From: Gammaproteobacteria bacterium
GTDB lineage: Bacteria > Pseudomonadota > Gammaproteobacteria > QNFE01
Length of the DNA stretch: 64,000 nt
Assembly: GCA_003645455.1 (NCBI GenBank)
Contig: QNFE01000003.1
Coordinates: 1,442-65,441 of the forward strand
Direction of reading: 5' to 3'
Below are positions 9,817 through 19,155 of the stretch, piece after piece; within the stretch, counting starts at the first letter, position 1, and each line of letters starts with the position of its first letter. The notes under the pieces are model-generated. The model saw only the letters and a list, made by a program, of their open reading frames with translations. It was not told the origin of the DNA and made no database searches. The translations under genes were made by a program, and so were the position numbers.

Positions 9817-10085
9817 TAAAGACAAAAAGTAATTTTTATCTTGGCAGGTTATGATATTGGCGGTTTGTTTTGGTTAAATATGCGAATTATATCAATACAA
9901 TCATCGGTTTGGTTTATTCTGTAAATTATAGTATAACCTTTATATATCATATTTCTGACATTTTGATTATTGAAATATATTTACTTTCTATGTTTGTATG
10001 GAAAGTTTGGTATGTCATCAATCGCCTCATCTAATTTATCTTTAAAATTTTTACAAGCAGATAAATTATCATAAGCAATATAATA

Positions 10086-10247
10086 TGAGACCCTTGCATA
10101 AATCAAGCACAATTTATAAAACACATAAAATGCACCTTTTCATAGCAAAAATTCGTCAAAGGGAATTACCATATTCCTCATTTTTGCTATAAAAATGCAC
10201 TATTTTCTGCATTCTTCTAAACAGCACTTGATTTATGCAAAGGTCTC
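10086..10247. repeat. MITE family 2 copy (TIR GAGACCTTTGCATAA...TTATGCAAAGGTCTC)
   Basis: Inverted termini visible; related copies at 16916-17101, 27135-27231, 44235-44331, 45640-45796, fragment 36061-36077. Confidence 0.65.
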
Positions 10248-10279
10248 ATTCTAAAATTTGATAGAGATTTTCCTCGTGC

Positions 10280-10549
10280 CTACGAGACCGTCTGATTTTC
10301 ATATTTGGCATTTAATTTATGCAAAAAATCTTTCATATTTTTGTCGTATTGTGCTTTTGAGTGCATAACAACTTTACCGCTATCAATATCTTTTAAGTCT
10401 TGATGAAGTTGTTTTTGTCGTGCATAAAAATATGGGTCTGCTTTTAGATTATCATCTCTTTCTATTTTAATATAATCGCCATATTTTGCCACAATAGTCA
10501 GAAAATCTTGCATAAAATTATCTTTGACTTGAAGTTTTAAAGTTTGCAT
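10280..10549 (-). CDS. Antitoxin-like protein (MQTLKLQVKD..., paralog of 9356..9550); cognate toxin apparently lost
   Basis: N-terminal similarity to the two other MQTI antitoxin-like ORFs; downstream is a MITE plus a roughly 33-codon ParE-like remnant. Confidence 0.35.
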   Translation of the reverse strand: MQTLKLQVKDNFMQDFLTIVAKYGDYIKIERDDNLKADPYFYARQKQLHQDLKDIDSGKVVMHSKAQYDKNMKDFLHKLNAKYENQTVS

Positions 10550-10649
10550 AAAATAATAGTTTTTAAAAAATTAAACCACAATAACACAAAAAATTAAATC
10601 ATTCAAAAATCTCGTGTTATAATACCAATTTTTTAATTTTAAAAATATA

Positions 10650-10862
10650 ATGTTATCAATAACCATAAACAACCAAACAATTGAAAATTTTTATAAAAAA
10701 GATTGTCAAAATAATCAAAATAAATTCATTGATAATTTAATAGGTTATATTGAAAATTATAAAATAAAACAAAGCATAACAACAGGTTTGCATCAAGCAC
10801 AGCTCATAAAAAATGGCAAATTAGAAAAAATAGATTTAAAACAAGCCTTAAGGAAGCTCTAA
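10650..10862 (+). CDS. Hypothetical small protein, possible antitoxin for downstream RelE-family toxin
   Basis: 70 aa ORF upstream of toxin gene; no recognisable motif. Confidence 0.25.
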   Translation: MLSITINNQTIENFYKKDCQNNQNKFIDNLIGYIENYKIKQSITTGLHQAQLIKNGKLEKIDLKQALRKL

Positions 10863-11017
10863 ATAACTACGATAATCATTAAAACAGCCACTATGCACTT
10901 GACTTGCAATTTTTTAAAAAAGCCCACAGAACCTTGCTATAATGGCCTTTAAAAAAAATCACAATTAAATAAATTGACTATTTTTCTAATCACCGCAGTT
11001 ATTCAGAACTTCCTTAA

Positions 11018-11347
11018 ATGCCATATAAAATAATACCAACCCCTGAATTTATAAAAAATGTAAAAAATCTACGCAAAAAATTCAAAAACATAAAAACAGA
11101 TATTGAAAACCTGAGTTTGAAGCTTGAAAACAACCCAACAATTGGCACTAAATTATCAACAAACACTTACAAAATAAGATTAAAAAACAGCGATATTAAT
11201 AAAGGAAAAAGCGGAGGATATAGAGTCATAACATACATTGTCAATCAGCAAAACGAAATAATTTTATTAACAATTTATGCCAAGTCAAACCAAGAAATAA
11301 TAACGGACTCAGAAATTGAAAAGTTGATAGACAATACCAACAACTAA
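11018..11347 (+). CDS. RelE/ParE (HigB-like) family type II toxin
   Basis: KIRLKNSDINKGKSGGYRVITYIVNQQNEIILLTIYAKS matches the KSGGYRVIYY RelE/HigB signature. Confidence 0.55.
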   Translation: MPYKIIPTPEFIKNVKNLRKKFKNIKTDIENLSLKLENNPTIGTKLSTNTYKIRLKNSDINKGKSGGYRVITYIVNQQNEIILLTIYAKSNQEIITDSEIEKLIDNTNN

Positions 11348-11453
11348 CCCTTAAAACCAGCTGATTTTAAAAAACAAGATATTACCTTGTTTTAAATTCC
11401 CCTTTTAAATTATTTTTTGCTATAATATCAATTTTTAAAAAAAACATAACAAA

Positions 11454-11744
11454 ATGCAAACAATACAATTACAAATTGAAGATAAAAATATTGAAACATT
11501 TTTAACTATTTTAAATAATCTAAAAACTAATTTAATAAAAAATCTTACAATATCAAATGCAACAACTGAAAACTTAACCAAAAAATATCAAAACTCACCA
11601 CAATTCACAAAAGATAAAATTTATTTTCAATCTTGCTTAGATGACATTAACAACAACAAATCAAAACTATTAAAAGAAAACGAATATCAAACCCAAATAA
11701 CTGATTTTGAAGAAAAATTAAAATCAAAATATGCAGATAATTAA
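11454..11744 (+). CDS. Antitoxin-like protein (MQTIQLQIED..., paralog)
   Basis: Shared N-terminus and shared promoter sequence with 9356..9550. Confidence 0.35.
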   Translation: MQTIQLQIEDKNIETFLTILNNLKTNLIKNLTISNATTENLTKKYQNSPQFTKDKIYFQSCLDDINNNKSKLLKENEYQTQITDFEEKLKSKYADN

Positions 11745-11998
11745 AAGCACTCAATATCTAAAAAAACTGCAAATTATCATGGAATATATTGCAAAAGATA
11801 ATTTATCAAGAGCATTAAAATTTAGAAAAAGTTTAGATGATGAAATTGATAACAACATAATAAATATGCCATTCAAATATCGCAAATCAATATGAGAGAT
11901 TTAATATTCAAAGGTTATGTAATTCCATATAAAATTGAGACTAACAACAATCGCATAATTATAATAGGTATAAATAAATACAAACTAAATTTATAATT
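11734..11998 (+). pseudogene. ParE-like toxin gene, frameshifted
   Basis: ATG at 11734 overlaps the antitoxin stop. Frame 1 gives MQIIKSTQYLKKLQIIMEYIAKDNLSRALKFRKSLDDEIDNNIINMPFKYRKSI* and the +1 frame continues RDLIFKGYVIPYKIETNNNRIIIIGINKYK*, which is a ParE C-terminal signature. Confidence 0.4.
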
Positions 11999-12109
11999 TA
12001 TAACTATGAAAACAATTAAAACAACAACAGGATTAGTGCAAACAATGAGAGAAATCCGCGACAAATATAGTTGCGAGATTTTGCCTATGTCGCTAACCTA
12101 AAAAAATTC

Positions 12110-12261
12110 CCGTCATTGCGAGGCGGACGGAAAAATGGTGTAATATCAAGCACTTAAACCGCCGTGGCAATCTCTTGAGGGGATAACGGAAACCCTGCGA
12201 GATAACCACGGCAGTTGATTACACCAGTTCCTCTTTTTTCTCCGTCTGCCTCGTTATGACG
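12110..12261. repeat. MITE family 1 copy
   Basis: Near-identical to 9063..9215. Confidence 0.7.
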
Positions 12262-12408
12262 GATTCTTTTTTTGTTTGGCAAAAATATAAAAATTAGTTA
12301 TTTCGCAATTCCACATAGTGGAAACAAGCTCTAAAAACAGAACAAAAAAAACAACAACAAAAACCAAAAAAGTTTATAATAGATGATTTTTTAAAACCGG
12401 AGCAATTT

Positions 12409-13322
12409 ATGAAAAAAGTAATTTTTATTTTAAGTTTATTTTTAACTAACCTATTGTTCGCCTATCAGTATGACCCTTTAAAAGCAGTTATGGCATATGA
12501 CGCACAAAAAAAAGGTGATTATAAAAAAGCAAGCGTATTGTGGAAGCAAAGTTGTGATGAAGGTAATGCAAATGGTTGTTTTAATCTTGGGTCATGTATG
12601 ACAATGGCAAAGGTGTTAGACAAGATAAAGTAAAAGCTATCATGCTCTACAAACAAGCCTGTGATGGAAGAGATGCCATGGGTTGCTTTAATCTTGGGTT
12701 GATGTATAGTAAGGGACAAATTTTAAAGCAAAATTTAGTAAAAAGTAAATTTTATGTTGGCAAGGCATGCGATTTGGGGCATCAACGAGGGTGTGAAGCC
12801 TACAAAAAACTCAACGAGCAAGGAATAAGTTCTGCCCCTATAAACGGTAGTGGCGACAACATAACAGATAATTTTAAAAATGCGATGACTTATTATAAAG
12901 CTGAAAATTTTTCACAAGCTTTGATTTATTTTGAAAAATCTTGCAATGATGGTAAGTTTATATCTTGTAATAATGCAGGTGGCATGTATCGGCTGGGGGA
13001 AGGCACAACTAAAAATCATCAATCTGCTTTGAATTTATTTGAAAAGGCTTGTAATGGCAAGACTTATATAGGTTGTTATAATTTGGCAGAGATGAACCTT
13101 TTAGGACAAGAAGTAAAAATAAATAAAAACACTAGGGGTGAGGGATTTAAACTTCTAATATATTCTTGTGATACTGGTAATCATGGTTTGTCTTGTTATA
13201 AGTTAGGAACATTGTCAGAGAATGCAAAAGATGAAAAAATGCAAGGTTTAAGCCAGTTTTATTTTAAAAAATCTTGTAAATTAGGACATAAAGAATCCTG
13301 CGGTAAAATATCAACAGAGTGA
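12409..13322 (+). pseudogene. Secreted Sel1/HCP-like cysteine-rich repeat protein with -1 frameshift near 12590
   Basis: ORFs 12409..12633 and 12594..13322 are the same gene split in GGG at 12588-12590: GCFNLG | VMYDNGKGVRQD is the expected repeat reading. Confidence 0.5.
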
Positions 13323-13337
13323 TTATTAGGTTTTTAA

Positions 13338-13556
13338 TTATGTAGATATGCTTTGCAAAATTTCAATATCTTTGCGGATTAGGTTGTTGATAGTTTTATT
13401 TAATGAAAAATTTGCCTTGCTATTTTTGTTTTTGTTTATAAAAAATTCTTTGTTTTCTTTGTCAAGGTAAATCGGAATATCTAATTCATTTTCAGGGCGA
13501 TAAAATTTACCTTGTTCGGCATCAGTAAAATCATATTCTTTTTTCATTTTTTGCAC
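13338..13556 (-). CDS. brnA: BrnA antitoxin
   Basis: KKEYDFTDAEQGKFYRP... BrnA-like; overlaps brnT. Confidence 0.5.
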   Translation of the reverse strand: MQKMKKEYDFTDAEQGKFYRPENELDIPIYLDKENKEFFINKNKNSKANFSLNKTINNLIRKDIEILQSIST

Positions 13557-13840
13557 CTTTGATAGTAATGGTTTTTTTCATTTTTGGTTGCGAGCCTTGC
13601 ACTTATAATACGAACGATTTCAAATTTATCAAAACCTCTGTATGTATGTGCCATAACCACAATTAAATTATTTTTTGTTTTTCCTAATATAATCCATCTG
13701 TCTTCATTTTGAGAGTTTTCATTGTCCTGCTTATTTAATGAAAAAGGATCAGAAAATACAGACAAAGCATCCTCAAAAGAGATTTTGTGTTTTTTTAAAT
13801 TACTTGTTGCTTTTTTATTGTCCCATTCAAATTTCATCAT
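13544..13840 (-). CDS. brnT: BrnT ribonuclease toxin
   Basis: MMKFEWDNKKATSNLKKHKISFEDALSVFSDP matches the BrnT N-terminal signature. Confidence 0.65.
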   Translation of the reverse strand: MMKFEWDNKKATSNLKKHKISFEDALSVFSDPFSLNKQDNENSQNEDRWIILGKTKNNLIVVMAHTYRGFDKFEIVRIISARLATKNEKNHYYQRCKK

Positions 13841-14000
13841 AAAACTGCAAACAAGAAAAATTGACTACTATACCTTAATACTTTAATTTTTGCAAATATC
13901 TTTATCTGACCGAGAAAAAATATTATTGCGATTTTACAACTTTTAATTTTTGTTTTTGCTATTATGGTTATTTTACATTATAAAACATTAGGTAAAAATT

Positions 14001-14261
14001 ATGCAAACCGCTAAACTTTTTTTAAATGGCAATAGTCAAGCCGTTCGTTTTCCTAAATCATATAACTTTAAAACAGACAAAGTGTATTTAAAAAAAGTGC
14101 CACAGGGTGTGCTTTTGATGCCAGCTGAAAACAATAATGATGATAATATATGGGATAAATGGCAGAAAAATTTAGACGAGTTTAGTTCTGATTTAAAAAT
14201 TAAAAGAGAGCAGAATAAAACACAACAAAACAGAGCGAAAATAGATGAGTTATTTGCTTGA
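14001..14261 (+). CDS. vapB: VapB antitoxin (AbrB/SpoVT-like)
   Basis: NGNSQAVRFPKSYNF... motif; overlaps vapC. Confidence 0.6.
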   Translation: MQTAKLFLNGNSQAVRFPKSYNFKTDKVYLKKVPQGVLLMPAENNNDDNIWDKWQKNLDEFSSDLKIKREQNKTQQNRAKIDELFA

Positions 14262-14649
14262 TACAAATATCTGCATTTATATTATCAACAATAGTTATAA
14301 AGAGGTTGTAGATAAGTTTAAAACAATTGCAATAGGCGATATTCATATCTCATCAATTACTGTCTCGGAACTTTTTTATGGAGTGCATAAAAGTAAAAAT
14401 AAAGATGATAATTTAATCAAATTAGACAACTTTCTTAATCCTTTTGAAATTCTTGTTTATGACAAAAAAGCATCACAAACTTATGGTTCTCTTCGTGCAA
14501 AATTAGAAAAAACAGGCAATGTTATAGGGTCGCTTGATATGTTAATAGCATCATCTGCCATCAGCCAAAATTTTACTTTGGTAACAAACAATGAAAAAGA
14601 GTTTAATCGTATTGGCAATTTAAAAATTGAAAATTGGATTGAAAAATAA
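14245..14649 (+). CDS. vapC: VapC PIN-domain toxin
   Basis: MSYLLDTNICIYIIN... PIN signature; 134 aa. Confidence 0.75.
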   Translation: MSYLLDTNICIYIINNSYKEVVDKFKTIAIGDIHISSITVSELFYGVHKSKNKDDNLIKLDNFLNPFEILVYDKKASQTYGSLRAKLEKTGNVIGSLDMLIASSAISQNFTLVTNNEKEFNRIGNLKIENWIEK

Positions 14650-14652
14650 AAT

Positions 14653-14844
14653 ATGTATACTGACACAATAATAAAAGATGTTTGGAAAAATAAAGATGAA
14701 TATTTAAAAAATCATTCATATAACATTGACAACATAATCAAAGACTTGATGCAAAAACAAGAATTATCCAAGAAAAAATTTTATACTTTGCAAGAGTTGC
14801 CACAGAAGTCTGCGAATATAAAAAAACAAAATCAAGCACAATAA
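14653..14844 (+). CDS. Hypothetical small protein
   Basis: 63-aa ORF, no motif recognised. Confidence 0.2.
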   Translation: MYTDTIIKDVWKNKDEYLKNHSYNIDNIIKDLMQKQELSKKKFYTLQELPQKSANIKKQNQAQ

Positions 14845-14857
14845 AAAAGGTTAAAAT

Positions 14858-15340
14858 ATGTTAAAAATAGGTTATGGAATAGATACCCATGCTTTTATGG
14901 AAGGCGATAATATAGTATTAAATGGTATAAAAATCAAACACAATAAAGCGATAAAAGCTCACTCAGACGGTGATGTTGCTATCCATTCGTTATGTGATGC
15001 AATCTTAGGGGCAAGTGCATTGGGGGATATTGGCGATTATTTTAAAGATACGGATGACAAATATAAAAATATTGATAGCACGATTTTATTAAAAAAATCA
15101 TACCAGATGGCACAACAAAAAAATTATAAAATCAATAATATTGATATGACAATAATAACCGAAACACCAAAAATATCAGAACATAAAAACAAAATGAAAG
15201 AAAATTTATCTGCAATATTAAAAATTGATATTGACGATATAAATATCAAAGCCACAACCTGCGAAAAATTAGGTTTTATTGGTGGCAAAAAAGGAATAAG
15301 TGTGCATTGTGTAGTTCTTATGGAGGATAAAAAATGTTAG
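14858..15340 (+). CDS. ispF: 2-C-methyl-D-erythritol 2,4-cyclodiphosphate synthase
   Basis: MLKIGYGIDTHAF...HSDGDV...IGDY motifs. Confidence 0.85.
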   Translation: MLKIGYGIDTHAFMEGDNIVLNGIKIKHNKAIKAHSDGDVAIHSLCDAILGASALGDIGDYFKDTDDKYKNIDSTILLKKSYQMAQQKNYKINNIDMTIITETPKISEHKNKMKENLSAILKIDIDDINIKATTCEKLGFIGGKKGISVHCVVLMEDKKC

Positions 15341-16392
15341 GTCCAGTTATGATAGACATCAGATCTTTCGTGCTTGATGAGCAAGAGATAACTATGATAA
15401 AAAATCCGCTTTGTGGTGGAGTAATTTTATTTAGCAGAAATTTTTCTGACAAAAAACAATTAAATGATCTATGTCAAAGCATCCGTGCCATAAAAAAACC
15501 ATCGCCACTTATATGCGTAGATCACGAAGGAGGTAGAGTGCAAAGATTTCATCAAGGTTTTATAAGTCTACCACCTATGGCAGAATTAGGTAAGATATAT
15601 CAAGAAAACAAGCAAGATGCGATAGAATATTCTTATAACATAGGGGAGTGCATAGCTATGGAGTTACAATCTTGCGGCATTGATTTTAGCTTTACTCCGG
15701 TTTTGGATATAAATCACGGCAATAGTGGGGTAATAGGAGACAGAGCATTTTCACATAACCCTTTAACCATTACAACCATAGCACATTCTTTAATGAAAGG
15801 CATGCAAGACAATGGTATGCAAGCTGTCGGCAAACACTTCCCAGGACACGGCTATGTCAAAGCCGACTCTCATTTATCTTTGCCTATTGATGACCGTGAT
15901 TTTGATTCAATTTACACCGCAGATTTAAGACCATTTAAAGCTATGATACAACACAACATAGCAGCCATAATGCCAGCCCATATTATTTATCAAAAAATAG
16001 ATCCAGATCCCGCAGGTTTTAGTAAATTTTGGCTCCAAGATATTCTAAGGAATAAGTTAGAATTTGAGGGGGTAATATTTTCAGATGATTTATCAATGGC
16101 AGGGGCAAAATTTGCAGGCAGTTATATTCAAAGAGCAAAAAAGGCTTTGGATGCAGGCTGTGATATGGTATTAGTTTGCAACCATCCTGCGGAGGCTAAT
16201 AATATCTTAGATAATTTAGATGTTGATAAAATAAAAAATTATAATCAAGCCATATCATCAATGAGATTGTTGAGAATGCACGGCAAAAATATAACATCAT
16301 ATGATAAATTAAAATATAACAATAGATATCAAAATATTTCGCAAAAAATAAAAAATAAATTTGAAAATCACGATTTACAAATGGACTTATAA
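15334..16392 (+). CDS. nagZ: Beta-N-acetylhexosaminidase NagZ (peptidoglycan recycling)
   Basis: KHFPGHG motif; DHEGGRVQRF. Confidence 0.8.
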   Translation: MLGPVMIDIRSFVLDEQEITMIKNPLCGGVILFSRNFSDKKQLNDLCQSIRAIKKPSPLICVDHEGGRVQRFHQGFISLPPMAELGKIYQENKQDAIEYSYNIGECIAMELQSCGIDFSFTPVLDINHGNSGVIGDRAFSHNPLTITTIAHSLMKGMQDNGMQAVGKHFPGHGYVKADSHLSLPIDDRDFDSIYTADLRPFKAMIQHNIAAIMPAHIIYQKIDPDPAGFSKFWLQDILRNKLEFEGVIFSDDLSMAGAKFAGSYIQRAKKALDAGCDMVLVCNHPAEANNILDNLDVDKIKNYNQAISSMRLLRMHGKNITSYDKLKYNNRYQNISQKIKNKFENHDLQMDL

Positions 16393-16402
16393 CTTACAAC
16401 TT

Positions 16403-16903
16403 ATGACAGGCTTAAAACTAATTTATGACAATCAACAAATTGAAAAAGCAATCACAAAAATTGCCACCCAACTTAATATAGACTACAAAAATAAAAACCC
16501 ATTATTGTTATGTGTTTTAAATGGGGCAATAGTATTTTTTGGAAAATTATTGCCGTTGTTAGATTTTAATTGTCAGGTAGATTCAATCTGTGTTGCAAGA
16601 TATGGCAAAAAAAATATAGGTGGAGATTTAAAATGGTTAAAATATCCCAATCTAACCCTTAAAAACAAAGATATAATAATAGTTGATGATATTTTAGACG
16701 AGGGCATAACTCTTACTCAAATTATCAAATATTGTCAAGAAAATCAAGCCTCTTCAATAGTGTCCGTAATGCTTGCCGACAAACAAAAAAGCCCTATAAA
16801 AGCAGACTATACGGCTTTAAATATCCCAGATAAATTTATCGTAGGTTATGGCATGGATTCAAATGAAAAATATAGAAATCTTGATGGCATATATTCAATC
16901 TAA
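16403..16903 (+). CDS. hpt: Hypoxanthine phosphoribosyltransferase
   Basis: IIVDDILDEGITL PRPP-binding motif; roughly 166 aa. Confidence 0.6.
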   Translation: MTGLKLIYDNQQIEKAITKIATQLNIDYKNKNPLLLCVLNGAIVFFGKLLPLLDFNCQVDSICVARYGKKNIGGDLKWLKYPNLTLKNKDIIIVDDILDEGITLTQIIKYCQENQASSIVSVMLADKQKSPIKADYTALNIPDKFIVGYGMDSNEKYRNLDGIYSI

Positions 16904-16915
16904 TAAACATATAAA

Positions 16916-17101
16916 GAGACCTTTGCATAGAGACCTTTGCATAATTTATAAAACACATAAAATGCACCTTTTAATAGCAAAAATTCGTCATCACGAGCGT
17001 AGCGAGGAACTCCAAAGGACTTGCCATTTTCCTCATTTTTGCTATAAAAATGCACTATTTTCTGTCCTCCATAGATCGCACTTGATTTATGCAAGGGTCT
17101 C
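16916..17101. repeat. MITE family 2 copy
   Basis: TIR GAGACCTTTGCATA...TTATGCAAGGGTCTC. Confidence 0.65.
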
Positions 17102-17189
17102 ATAAAAAACAATAATGATAAAGTGGTTAATATCTTTTTAATTATAAATTTAGTATCATAGTGTTTTTTTTAAAATAAGGACAAGCTTT

Positions 17190-17783
17190 ATGAACCCACT
17201 AAAATCTATCCCCCAAACCATAGTATTAGGCTTTGCATTATCCTTAATACTAGCTTTCGTCTTTAAAAGTAATAACTTTAATTTGTTGGAGTTATCAGTG
17301 TGGTTACATGTAATATTCGGCATAGTTTGGATTGGGTTATTATATTATTTTAATTTTATTCAAGTTCCTGCTATGGCTGATGCTTTGGCGGATAAAAATG
17401 GTCCGGGTCCTGCTGCTATTGGTAAATATGTAGCTCCCAAAGCATTATTGTGGTTTCGCTGGGCAGCTCTTGCAACCTGGATTACAGGCATTACAAGCTT
17501 AGAAGCGATGGCTCCTGGCACCTCATTAAAAGCATTTATGTTACAACCTGGGTTTGAGGTAATTGGCATAGGTGCATATTTGGGTAGCATAATGTTATTT
17601 AATGTATGGGTTCTTATTTGGCCAAACCAAAAAAAGATCTTGGGGCTTGGCAAAACGAAAGCCACTCCCGATCAAATAAATGGTGCAAAAGTTGTAGCGC
17701 TGTATGCCTCACGGATAAATACAATATTATCTATCCCATTATTATTAACCATGACAGCATATGGACATGGTATGGTTTTTTAA
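17190..17783 (+). CDS. Polytopic membrane protein of unknown function
   Basis: Multiple hydrophobic helices; no catalytic motif recognised. Confidence 0.35.
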   Translation: MNPLKSIPQTIVLGFALSLILAFVFKSNNFNLLELSVWLHVIFGIVWIGLLYYFNFIQVPAMADALADKNGPGPAAIGKYVAPKALLWFRWAALATWITGITSLEAMAPGTSLKAFMLQPGFEVIGIGAYLGSIMLFNVWVLIWPNQKKILGLGKTKATPDQINGAKVVALYASRINTILSIPLLLTMTAYGHGMVF

Positions 17784-17811
17784 AAAAATTTTATAAGCAA
17801 AACAGCAATTT

Positions 17812-18414
17812 TCAGATTTTAGATAATTCAAAGCGGTAAAACCAATCCGAACCCAATAAAGGCTCTTTTTTGATAAGTTTTAAAGCTGGTGTGTTATCTA
17901 ATAAATCCTCAAATACAACATCTAAACGAGTGGCAATCTTACCTACTAAGGGAGATAAAAAACGTCTTATGGGGGCAGGTTGATTTTTTTGTAAAAACTT
18001 ATCAATAATGATTATTTTGCCATCTTTTTTAAGTACCCTGGAACACTCTTGCAAGGCACGATAAGAATCTGGCACCACTGCCAAAATAAGGTGCATAATA
18101 ACGATATCAAAACTATTATCTGCATAGGATAAATCCATAACATCATCAATTTTAAGATCTATTTTTACTCCATATTTTTCTGCCCTACCATGGGCAATTT
18201 TTAACATAGCAGGAGTAATATCACAGCCATTATAAACAGCATCTTTTGGTAAAAAAGGTAAATCAAGGCCTGTGCCGACTCCTGCAATTAAGACTTTTTT
18301 ACCTCTTAAAGGGCCTAAGTTTTTAATGCTTTTTTCGCGCATTGTAGTGCTGAATTTTTTAACAGCAAAATCATAAAAAGGAGCAATCAAGGAATAACTG
18401 TGTTTTAAGCTCAT
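17812..18414 (-). CDS. Class I SAM-dependent methyltransferase
   Basis: VLIAGVGTGLDLPFL motif I. Confidence 0.5.
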   Translation of the reverse strand: MSLKHSYSLIAPFYDFAVKKFSTTMREKSIKNLGPLRGKKVLIAGVGTGLDLPFLPKDAVYNGCDITPAMLKIAHGRAEKYGVKIDLKIDDVMDLSYADNSFDIVIMHLILAVVPDSYRALQECSRVLKKDGKIIIIDKFLQKNQPAPIRRFLSPLVGKIATRLDVVFEDLLDNTPALKLIKKEPLLGSDWFYRFELSKI

Positions 18415-18519
18415 AATTTTAAAAATAAATAAAAAGTATATTTTAACAAAAAAATAGATAAAATGTTATAATAAGATGTTTTTAATGTCGCAAGACATAC
18501 TTACAATTAACTTATCCTA

Positions 18520-19155
18520 ATGTTTGAAAATCTATCAATTCTTGAAATTATTATAGTCGTGGCATTGCCGATTTTATCAGCGGTAATTTTGCACGAGGTA
18601 GCCCATGGATATGTCGCATATTTATTAGGGGACAACACCGCAAAAATGATGGGTAGGTTATCATTGAACCCCATCAAACATATTGACCCGATTGGCACGA
18701 TTTTAATTCCGGCTTTATTAGTTATGATACAAGCAGGTTTTGTGTTTGGCTATGCACGTCCGGTGCCAGTTAATTGGTTTAATTTAAAAAATCCAAAAAT
18801 TGATATGGTAAAGGTAGCCATCGCAGGACCATTGACTAACTTATGTTTGGCATTTTTTTGGGCGATAACTTTAAAATTTTTTATACCAACTGAAATCCAT
18901 CTGTTGATTTTGATGGCAGAGCTTGGAGTATTTTTAAATATATTTTTAATGGTTTTTAATTTGTTGCCAGTTCCTCCTTTGGATGGTGGGCGAGTTTTAC
19001 GAGGATTTTTGCCAGATAAATATGCCATTTATCTTGACAAAGCTGAACCCTATGGAATGATTATTGTGGTGTTGTTGTTGATAAGTGGTTATCTGATGCC
19101 GATCATGAAACCTATTATTTTATTTTTTTTAGAAATAATTAAATATGTGGTCTGA
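18520..19155 (+). CDS. Site-2 protease family (M50) membrane metalloprotease
   Basis: HEVAHG zinc motif within TM helices. Confidence 0.6.
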   Translation: MFENLSILEIIIVVALPILSAVILHEVAHGYVAYLLGDNTAKMMGRLSLNPIKHIDPIGTILIPALLVMIQAGFVFGYARPVPVNWFNLKNPKIDMVKVAIAGPLTNLCLAFFWAITLKFFIPTEIHLLILMAELGVFLNIFLMVFNLLPVPPLDGGRVLRGFLPDKYAIYLDKAEPYGMIIVVLLLISGYLMPIMKPIILFFLEIIKYVV

